Below are positions 54,429-61,643 of a stretch of 64,000 nucleotides of DNA, in pieces. The position numbers were made by a program, and so were the translations under genes. The notes under the pieces were generated by a model. The model saw only the letters and a list, made by a program, of their open reading frames with translations. It did no database searches and had not been told where the DNA came from. Within the stretch, counting starts at the first letter, position 1, and each line of letters starts with the position of its first letter. The stretch comes from Pseudomonadota bacterium. Lineage in GTDB: Bacteria > Myxococcota > JACRCW01 > JAFGSX01. The DNA lies in assembly GCA_043821645.1 (NCBI GenBank), contig JBDRCO010000076.1, positions 64,001 to 128,000 on the forward strand, in the 5' to 3' direction.

Positions 54429-55906
54429 GATGGTTCCAGCTCCTGTGCCGGGCGGTGCAGGATGGCCTGCGCGGCCACGGCGCCGGTGATCATTGCGGGC
54501 ACGATGCCCTGGCCATGGCCCGCCGCGTCTCCCACGACGAAGAGCCCTGGCCGCGCGGTCTGGCAGTCGGCATCCAGCGCCACGCGAGGCCACAGGAACT
54601 CGAGCTCGGGGCCCACCACCAGGATCTGCTCCAACATCTCTTCAAGCGCAGGCTGCAGCGCGCTGGCCTCGTGGATCGCGGCCAGGGTGCGCTGAATTCC
54701 CTGGACCAGATGCGCGTGTGACACCCCGTCGAACAGAGCATGCACGGGGCCACAGCGCAGGTCCTGCAGGGAGGGAACGAAGGGGAGTTCGCCTCGAAGC
54801 GCGTCCCAATCCTGGGCGGGTTGGCTCCCCGCCATGAAGTCCCCCAGGCGCTGTACCAGGGGACGGCCCCCGCTGAGATCGCGGTAGCGCGGGAGCACCT
54901 CGCCATCGAGCCACGCCGTGCCGTCGCGCGCACTGGCGGGTGTCTGCACGAGCACGGCGAAGTTGGCTGGCGCTTGTGCCAGCGAGGTCGCAGGGTGGAC
55001 CACAACATGACCATCGAGGCTGATCAGCGTCGAGCCGAAGGCATCCTGGTAGTTGGTGAGCTTGATCCGGCCACCCCCTGGACCGGCGCAGAAGCAGAAG
55101 GTCTTGACCTTGTGGCCGTCGTCCAGACGCCAGTTGACCTTGAGATCCGGATGCACGCGCCCGGCAGCCGCGAGCCAGGCCGCGGGCATCTCGAGGCGGA
55201 CACCGATGGAGGACGCGGGGGCCTGCAGGGCGATGCCCAGCCTGCGCAGCAAGGATGCATGGTGGCGAACACTGCGCCGCCCGCCGGCCAGGATCAGGTG
55301 GCGCGCGTGCACGGTCGCGGCACCCGCAGCACTGCGCAGGTGGAGTTCGAAGCCCCCAGGTTCCGCAGTGACGTCGATCAGTTCTGTGCCCAGGCGCACA
55401 GGAGATAGCCGGAACCGTGACGTCAGTTCGCGCTCCATGGCGACCAGGACACGTGACAGCGAGGACTCGGGGAGCACCGCCACGGGGTATTCGCGAATCG
55501 ACAGGCCGTGCGACGCAAAGGTCTTGTGCCACGAGGCATCCACGGCATGTCCCACCAGCTGCAAGGACTCTCCGAGCCAGACCTCGAGCCGCGTCGCCAT
55601 CGCGCTGGATAGCCGCCCGGCCCGCGCCTCGCCGAGCAAGTGGGCCAGGTGTCGGGCACAGGGCATCAGGCTGATCTTGGCGCCGTCGCCGTCGTGCAGG
55701 CAGCCACCGAAACCGCTGACCACGTGGCACACACCGCCGCAACCCTCGCAACGGTGACCGGCGTCGGCGGGGCAGGGGCGGGACTGCCGATCACGGCCGA
55801 GTTCGAATAGCCGGACCTCGAGCCCGGGCTGTGCGGACAGCTCGAGAGCTGCGGTGAGCCCGGCCGGACCCGCGCCCACGATGGCGACATCGATGCTGCG
55901 TCCCAC
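54425..55906 (-). CDS. FAD-dependent oxidoreductase (COG2509-like) with Cys4 motif
   Basis: DVAIVGAGPAGLTAA...LFELG; CPADAGHRCEGCGGVC; IGVRLE; VKTFCFC; GPE; TARPGLFVVGDAAG; GTG start with AAAGGA RBS. Confidence 0.82.
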   Translation of the reverse strand: MGRSIDVAIVGAGPAGLTAALELSAQPGLEVRLFELGRDRQSRPCPADAGHRCEGCGGVCHVVSGFGGCLHDGDGAKISLMPCARHLAHLLGEARAGRLSSAMATRLEVWLGESLQLVGHAVDASWHKTFASHGLSIREYPVAVLPESSLSRVLVAMERELTSRFRLSPVRLGTELIDVTAEPGGFELHLRSAAGAATVHARHLILAGGRRSVRHHASLLRRLGIALQAPASSIGVRLEMPAAWLAAAGRVHPDLKVNWRLDDGHKVKTFCFCAGPGGGRIKLTNYQDAFGSTLISLDGHVVVHPATSLAQAPANFAVLVQTPASARDGTAWLDGEVLPRYRDLSGGRPLVQRLGDFMAGSQPAQDWDALRGELPFVPSLQDLRCGPVHALFDGVSHAHLVQGIQRTLAAIHEASALQPALEEMLEQILVVGPELEFLWPRVALDADCQTARPGLFVVGDAAGHGQGIVPAMITGAVAAQAILHRPAQELEPS

Positions 55907-55947
55907 GGATCGTCCTTTGATCAGGCGCACCCGAGCCTGCCTGGCCC

Positions 55948-55976
55948 AACGTAAGAAAATCGGCAGTTGGCGTCAA
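55948..55976 (-). promoter_or_regulatory. Sigma70-type promoter for the oxidoreductase/NDT operon
   Basis: Minus strand TTGACG-N17-TACGTT, about 41 nt upstream of GTG 55906. Confidence 0.6.
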
Positions 55977-55994
55977 AGCGTTGCGTCGCATGCG

Positions 55995-56011
55995 CAGGCC
56001 AAAAAATTGCG
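55995..56011 (+). promoter_or_regulatory. Possible sigma54 (-24/-12) promoter for the RHH gene
   Basis: CAGGCCAAAAAATTGCG has exact GG-N10-GC spacing with TTGC, but the -24 box is imperfect. Confidence 0.3.
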
Positions 56012-56091
56012 GGTGGGCGGACATGGCCTTACGGTGGAGGCACGTGGCGCCGCCAGGGTCCAGCAGGCGACAACGGCGCCGGAGGTCGAAC

Positions 56092-56271
56092 ATGCGAGAG
56101 AGCATTGCGGTCCGTCATCGCCCCACGCTGCTGCGCATCCCCGAGCCCGACTTGCTGGCACTGCGCCACCTCGCCGAGCGCACCCGCGTCCCTCAGAGCG
56201 CCTACCTCCGCGAGGCCATTGGCGATCTGCTCGTGAAGTACCGCCACGTGTTCGAGGCAGACGAGGGCTGA
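56092..56271 (+). CDS. Ribbon-helix-helix DNA-binding protein (59 aa)
   Basis: GGAGG RBS; PTLLRIP (ribbon), LLALRHLAERT, PQSAYLREAIGDLLVKY. Confidence 0.8.
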   Translation: MRESIAVRHRPTLLRIPEPDLLALRHLAERTRVPQSAYLREAIGDLLVKYRHVFEADEG

Positions 56272-56298
56272 GCTCTCGCCACACCCAGGAGGACAGCC

Positions 56299-56460
56299 AT
56301 GCATCATCCGACCTTCCCCGTGTCCTGGCAGGAGATCGCCGCGAGCTACGATCCTCGGGGTCTACCCTTCCTGCGCTATTACCAGGAAGCGGGCATGCTG
56401 CAGCGACATCAGGATCCTGTCTCGACGATCCTGGTGCGCGGCGACGACGGGGAGCGATGA
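56299..56460 (+). CDS. Putative 53-aa small protein (below the ORF-track cutoff)
   Basis: AGGAGG at 56287-56292, 6 nt before ATG; reads MHHPTFPVSWQEIAASYDPRGLPFLRYYQEAGMLQRHQDPVSTILVRGDDGER-stop. Confidence 0.5.
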   Translation: MHHPTFPVSWQEIAASYDPRGLPFLRYYQEAGMLQRHQDPVSTILVRGDDGER

Positions 56461-56535
56461 GATGCAAGGCCCCGACGACAGAACCCGACCTGAGCCTGGA
56501 CCGCGCCAGCGCAGCCTGCGCCGTCCCCGCACACT

Positions 56536-57378
56536 TCACGCGCAGCTGGTCGAGATCGAGACCAGGCTCGACTGTGGCCTCGAACTCCCCGAACCCTCGC
56601 GCTCGCCCGCCGGAACGCCAAGATCGTCGGGATCATAAAGCACGCGCATCAGGTGGAGCCCGTGCGCCGGAGCCGTGCGGCCTGCGGCCAGCCGCTGCCG
56701 GGCCGCGAGCGCTGAGTCCAGATCGCCTGCCGCGCGCTCGCCCGAGCCCACCTCCACCAGGGTGCCGACCAGGGTGCGGACCATGCGCCGGAGAAAGCGA
56801 TCGGCCCGCACGTCCAGGACCGTCAGACCGCCCCCGTGACGAACATGTAACTCTTCTATATTACATACATTATTTGCGTTCTCGCGAGGTCTCATGGCGA
56901 AGCTCGTGAAGTCGTGCCTCCCGCGCAAGCACGCTGCCGCTTGCTGCATGGCGTCCACATCGAGCCGCACGGGGAGGCGCCAGGAACGCCGCGGAGTCTC
57001 GCCGGTGACCGGGTTCTCGGCGTCCTCCACCAGGTAGCGGTACCAGCGCAGCCGCGCACTGGCGCGAGCGTGGAAGCGCCGCGGAACCTCGGTGCAGGCG
57101 CGCACCCAGATCCCGTGGGGCAGACAGGCGTTGATAGCTGCAGGCAAGCTGGTGGCGGGAGCAGGGGCAGCGGTCTTGAAGCTCACCACCTGCCCCAAGG
57201 CGTGAACGCCGGCGTCGGTGCGTCCGGCGGGGACCAGCGCCCAGGGTGCAGCACCCAGGACTTGCCCCAGGGCCTGACGGAGGTGATTTTCGACGGTGGG
57301 CAGATCGCCCTGACGCGCGAAGCCGTGCCAGAGATCGCCGCGGTACGACAGCAGGAGCGCCAGGCGATGCGGTAGCAT
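56536..57378 (-). CDS. truA: tRNA pseudouridine(38-40) synthase
   Basis: LSYRG..WHGFARQ, AGRTDAGVHALGQV, FHAR, GRHDFTSF, FLRRMVRTLVG, TAPAHGLHL. Confidence 0.95.
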   Translation of the reverse strand: MLPHRLALLLSYRGDLWHGFARQGDLPTVENHLRQALGQVLGAAPWALVPAGRTDAGVHALGQVVSFKTAAPAPATSLPAAINACLPHGIWVRACTEVPRRFHARASARLRWYRYLVEDAENPVTGETPRRSWRLPVRLDVDAMQQAAACLRGRHDFTSFAMRPRENANNVCNIEELHVRHGGGLTVLDVRADRFLRRMVRTLVGTLVEVGSGERAAGDLDSALAARQRLAAGRTAPAHGLHLMRVLYDPDDLGVPAGEREGSGSSRPQSSLVSISTSCA

Positions 57379-57441
57379 GCTCTCCCCTCGCGCGGAGGAC
57401 GGGAGGGCGCTAAAATACTCTTTTCGAGGAGTGATCACAGC

Positions 57442-58473
57442 ATGGAAGAACAGGGCGCGCCCTTTGATCTGGACCTCGGTGCGCGGGAGATCGAGTCCGG
57501 CTGGCTCTACAAGGAGCGCGGCGTGGTGTGTGGACCTGTGTCCGCCGCTGTGCTCATCGACAAGCTCTTTGCCAGCGCTCTGGACGGCGACACCAGCGTC
57601 TCGCCCGAGTTCGGCGAGTGGCGCCCGCTTCGCGACGTGCCCGAATTCGAGGGACCGCTGGCGAAGGCCCAGCAGGCCATCGCGGCCGAGAAGGCGCGTC
57701 AGGAGCAGCGGCGGCTCCGGCGCAACATCGTGCTGGGGCGTGCGGGGCTCGTGATCTTCGTCGCCATTGCGTTCAGCAGCACGGGTTTCTTCAGTGGGCG
57801 CTACCTCGCCACGGCCCGCCCCTGGGAGGATCACACCGACTGGGTGTCCCGGGCGCCGACCATCGTCGCGCTCTCGGTCAAGCCCGTCGTCAAGCCTGCA
57901 CCTGGAGTCCGCGCAGAAGCCGCGACAGCTGCGGGCACCGGTGACGCAGACGCGCAGCGCGAAGGCCCGACTGTGGCCAGTGCCGCAAGCGCGTCACGGG
58001 ACAGCCGGCGTTCGAGTTCGTCGAACCGTCGATCCTCCTCGTCGTCGTCCTCCTCCACGGCGACCAAGGACAGCAAGCGAGCGGACCCGGTTGCGAGCGC
58101 GCACGGCGATGCTGCCAAGGACGAGCTGAAGGTCGGTGCGGCGAGCGCGGGGGCGATGGACTACAACGCTGCCGGGCTGCCCCGCTCGCTGACCCAGAAC
58201 CAGATCATGAAGGTACTGGCGACCCAGAAGGGGAGCATCGTCAACTGCCTGTCGGCCGAGGCCAAGATCAACACGGACATGCCGGAGACCGTGACCATCG
58301 AGTTCGTGGTCACGGCGGAGGGGACGCCGGCGGAGTTCAAGGTGCTGGAACGGCAGGTTCGCGAGGGCAACCTGGCGGCATGCCTTCGATCCAAGGTGAT
58401 GGTTCTGCGCTGGCCCAAGGTCTATGGTGAGAACAAGACGGTCAAGATCCCCTTCAACATCAAGCGCCGCTAG
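57442..58473 (+). CDS. GYF_2 domain / TM / AgmX-PglI(TonB-C-like) C-terminal domain protein (GltJ/AgmX-like architecture)
   Basis: WLYK...GPV...WRPLRDVPEF; single TM; Ser-rich linker; LTQNQIMKV...IVNC...IEFVV...G...AACL...WPK...IPF; GAGGAG RBS. Confidence 0.78.
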   Translation: MEEQGAPFDLDLGAREIESGWLYKERGVVCGPVSAAVLIDKLFASALDGDTSVSPEFGEWRPLRDVPEFEGPLAKAQQAIAAEKARQEQRRLRRNIVLGRAGLVIFVAIAFSSTGFFSGRYLATARPWEDHTDWVSRAPTIVALSVKPVVKPAPGVRAEAATAAGTGDADAQREGPTVASAASASRDSRRSSSSNRRSSSSSSSSTATKDSKRADPVASAHGDAAKDELKVGAASAGAMDYNAAGLPRSLTQNQIMKVLATQKGSIVNCLSAEAKINTDMPETVTIEFVVTAEGTPAEFKVLERQVREGNLAACLRSKVMVLRWPKVYGENKTVKIPFNIKRR

Positions 58474-58476
58474 GTC

Positions 58477-59052
58477 TCACTCGACGCGCAGCTCGGCGTC
58501 GTGTTCGCCGACCACCACAGCCTCGAATACCTCGATGTGGCAGTCCGGGTCCTGCCAGGTGCCCGGGGCGAGGCCGGCCTTGATGCAGGTCTGGTCGAGA
58601 AAGGTCTCGCGGTTCCAGTGGTGCTCGGTGGCCACCTGGGGCAGCAGCACGCCGCGATGATGGTTGTGCGAGATGCACAGCCCGTGTCGTCCAACCTCGA
58701 CCACGGCAATGTTCTTCACAGGCTCCAGCGGTGTGAGCAACGAGATCTCGATGTCGATGTGCTCGACATCTCCCGCCTGCAGGGGCCGGAACCGAGGATC
58801 CCGCAACGCTGCAGCCTCGGCCATCTCGCGGATGGTACCCAAGATGCTCGGGCTCGGCGCGAAGGTCCCGATGCAGCCGCGCAGCATGCCGTCGTGGTGC
58901 AGGGTGACGAAGGCGCCATGGCTGGTGAAATCCTCTGGCAGGTCGGCAGTCGAGGCGCGATCGGTGGGTGCGCCCACGGCCTGCTGCACCGCCCTGCGCG
59001 CAACGCGGAGGAGCTGGCGACGCTGCCTGGGCGTGAGATCGGTGGCGTTCAC
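58477..59052 (-). CDS. amrA: AmmeMemoRadiSam system protein A (AMMECR1 domain)
   Basis: GAFVTL, LRGCIG, AALRDPRF, IEISLLTP, GRHGL, GVLLPQVA, KAGL. Confidence 0.93.
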   Translation of the reverse strand: MNATDLTPRQRRQLLRVARRAVQQAVGAPTDRASTADLPEDFTSHGAFVTLHHDGMLRGCIGTFAPSPSILGTIREMAEAAALRDPRFRPLQAGDVEHIDIEISLLTPLEPVKNIAVVEVGRHGLCISHNHHRGVLLPQVATEHHWNRETFLDQTCIKAGLAPGTWQDPDCHIEVFEAVVVGEHDAELRVE

Positions 59053-59080
59053 GGAGCCCTCCGCTGACGCCGGGGTGGCG

Positions 59081-59707
59081 CTAGTTGGCGATCCAGCTCA
59101 GGTCGCCAGCACCCTCGCGCAGGACGACGGGGTAGGGCCCGGTGAGGTCGACCACGGAGGACAGGGGCCTCTCGAGGCGGCCAGCGTCGAGCAGCAGGTC
59201 GATGCCGTGGCCCATGTGCACCTCGATCTCGTCGGGCTCGAACAGTCGAAGCTCGCCGACCCGGGTGCTGGTCGAGATGATGGGCTTGGCCAGGCGCCGG
59301 GCGATGGCCAGGCACACCGGAGAGTCAGGGACGCGGATGCCCACGGTCATGCGCTTGGACTGCAGGATCTTGGGGACCTCGGGAGTGGCTCGGACCACGA
59401 AGGTGTAGGGACCGGGCAGCAGCCGGCGCATGGTGCGGAACGACTCGTTTTCCACCATGGCGTAGCGCGCGATGTCGACGAGGTCCGGCACGATGAAGGA
59501 CATCAGGTGGTCGTCGGGGAGACCCTTGAGCCGGTGCACACGTTCGATCGCTTCACGGGAGAAGATGCTGCACCCGACCCCGTAGGTGGTGTCCGTGGGA
59601 TATGCGATCACGCCGCTCGACTCCAGTATCTCCACGGCGCGGGCCACCTTGCCCGGTTCGGGGTCGTTGGGGTCGATTCTAAGCCGCGTACAAGTGGGAT
59701 GCGCCAT
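59081..59707 (-). CDS. Sua5/YciO/YrdC family protein (TsaC paralog, YciO-like)
   Basis: IDPNDPE, GVIAYPTDTTYGVGC, LPGPYTFV, TVGIRVPD, PIISTS, SSVVDLT, LREGAG. Confidence 0.9.
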   Translation of the reverse strand: MAHPTCTRLRIDPNDPEPGKVARAVEILESSGVIAYPTDTTYGVGCSIFSREAIERVHRLKGLPDDHLMSFIVPDLVDIARYAMVENESFRTMRRLLPGPYTFVVRATPEVPKILQSKRMTVGIRVPDSPVCLAIARRLAKPIISTSTRVGELRLFEPDEIEVHMGHGIDLLLDAGRLERPLSSVVDLTGPYPVVLREGAGDLSWIAN

Positions 59708-59915
59708 CCGTGCGCCTCGACGTCCAGGGCGAGTGAAGCCTCGCCGTGCTGAGAAAGGCGAGCAGCATACACGAGAACATGTGGCAGATGAAGCCTCAGC
59801 TGCACAGAAGCGCGAGGCCGGGCCAGGCCAATTTCTGCACCTCTCAGGACTGCGGAGCTATCATGGGAGCAGGCACGGGCGGGTCCATGGGCAGGGCGCC
59901 CGGTGGAGCGATGCA

Positions 59916-61643
59916 GTGGTGCGATTTCTGGCGGCCCTGGTGGTGCTGCTGACGTCCAACCTGGCGTGGTCGGCGCCAGTGCGCGTGGTCATCCTGAGCT
60001 TCGAGGGTCCCTCGAGTGGCGGGGCCGAGCTTGCGGACGCTGTCGAGCTCGAACTCGAGCTGGCCGAAGGCGTGGTCCTGGTGCCCCGGCGCCCCGTCGA
60101 GAAGCGACTGCGCCGCGGACGCGACCGGCTCTCGGCCGATTCGGTGAGTTCGGCCCTGCGCAGCTCCGAGGCGGATCTTGCGCTGACCGGGCAGGGGCGG
60201 GATAGCCGCGATGGTCCGGTCATCGATATCCGGGCGTACACACGGGATGGGCAGATGGTGGTGAACGAGGTGTTCACCCTGACTTCCGACGAACCGGACG
60301 CGGATACCCTGGCACCCCTCATCGCCGATTCCCTGCGCGAGGCGGTGGCCAGCGGGTTGCGTGAAGTGCGCCCCAGAGCCGAGCCCGAAGAGGAGCCTGC
60401 CGTGGCCCGGAGCACGGCGCGAAGCGATGACGACCTCTTCGTCGATGACGCCGAACTCGAGGGCCGGAGGCCGGTGACGGAAGCGCCTCCCAGGGACAGC
60501 TCGCGGGACAGTTCGCGCGATGGTGACCGGGGAGGGCGCAGGCTCGACGACGATGCCGGCACAGACCGCGGCGGCCGGCCGGTGATCACGGAGCAACCGG
60601 AGCCCGAGCGCTCCCGCAGTGGCTGGGGTGACCACTACCGCGACGAGGACCAAGGGGACGACCGTGCGGGCCGCGACAACCCAGGTCGCGATCGTGACCG
60701 GAGTTCGCGCCGTGATGATCCCGGGGACCAGGATCGGAGGCGCGATGAGCGCGACGACCGCGATCGGGGGCGGCGACGCCTGCTGGATGAGGGCGAGGAA
60801 GACTGGGACCGCCGCGTCATCGCACCCGTCCGGCGTGAGGAACCGCGCCCCCGGGTGGGTGACATCGACGCTGGCACAGACAGTGGTGAGCGCACGGGTG
60901 CCCGGGCACTCCTCCCCTACGTGGCGGTGGCTGCTGCCTTCGAGCCGCTGTACTGGAACTACGCCGTGGAGGCTGCCGCGGGCCGCAGCCGCGTGGACTG
61001 GAGCCCACTGTCTCCCCTGGCGGGTGGATCCTTGCGCCTCGAGGTGTGGCCCATCCCCTACGCCGGTGTCGACGCCCAGGCCCGCTTTGGCAAGGTGCAG
61101 GTTGACCTGACAGGCATCCCGGGACTCAACGAGAAGGCCATCGAGATCTATTTCTACGAGGCCCAGCTCCACCTGCGCGGGCAGTATCTGCTCGACGCGA
61201 CCTGGCCCGGCTTCGCCGTCGGAGCCCGGCTGGGCTACCGCTTCCTCATGGCCGACACCGCGCCGCAGACACCCTTCACCGTGGTGCCAGGCTACACCGC
61301 CCACATGCTCGCGCCTGGCGTCGACATACGCCTTCCGTTTCATCCCCAGTACGCCGTGCTCATGGCGAGCGCCGAGGTGGTGCCCTTCGCGCTGTACACC
61401 GAGGCGCCGGATGAACCCGGCCAACCCGGCAGCGCCTCGCTCTTTGGCTGGCGGGTGGACGCACTGTTTCGCAGCACCATCGCCTACGGCATCTTCGTCG
61501 AGCTGAGATTGTTCTACGAGGAGTTCTACGTCACCTACGCGGGAGCAGGAACCCGGACCGACGCCGGTGGGGGCGCGTTCGCCGACGGCAAGGTGACCAC
61601 GGGGCTGCGCGGTCTGTCCCTCGGCGCCGGATGGTCGTATTGA
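59916..61643 (+). CDS. Hypothetical exported protein: N-terminal alpha/beta domain, Arg/Asp-rich disordered linker, C-terminal outer-membrane beta-barrel
   Basis: GTG start after GGAG; signal peptide ending AWS-A; amphipathic strands; C-terminus LSLGAGWSY. Confidence 0.7.
   Translation: MVRFLAALVVLLTSNLAWSAPVRVVILSFEGPSSGGAELADAVELELELAEGVVLVPRRPVEKRLRRGRDRLSADSVSSALRSSEADLALTGQGRDSRDGPVIDIRAYTRDGQMVVNEVFTLTSDEPDADTLAPLIADSLREAVASGLREVRPRAEPEEEPAVARSTARSDDDLFVDDAELEGRRPVTEAPPRDSSRDSSRDGDRGGRRLDDDAGTDRGGRPVITEQPEPERSRSGWGDHYRDEDQGDDRAGRDNPGRDRDRSSRRDDPGDQDRRRDERDDRDRGRRRLLDEGEEDWDRRVIAPVRREEPRPRVGDIDAGTDSGERTGARALLPYVAVAAAFEPLYWNYAVEAAAGRSRVDWSPLSPLAGGSLRLEVWPIPYAGVDAQARFGKVQVDLTGIPGLNEKAIEIYFYEAQLHLRGQYLLDATWPGFAVGARLGYRFLMADTAPQTPFTVVPGYTAHMLAPGVDIRLPFHPQYAVLMASAEVVPFALYTEAPDEPGQPGSASLFGWRVDALFRSTIAYGIFVELRLFYEEFYVTYAGAGTRTDAGGGAFADGKVTTGLRGLSLGAGWSY

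Noticed and set aside
55968-55984. TGGCGTCAAAGCGTTGC as a sigma54 promoter
   Set aside because: GG-to-GC spacing is 12 rather than 10; the segment is better explained as the minus-strand -35 box.
57379-57834. Extended N-terminus of the truA ORF (similar extensions for speD, waaA, atoE, 54429-54593, 59586-59915)
   Set aside because: Extensions overlap neighbouring genes or leaders; family-typical starts lie downstream.
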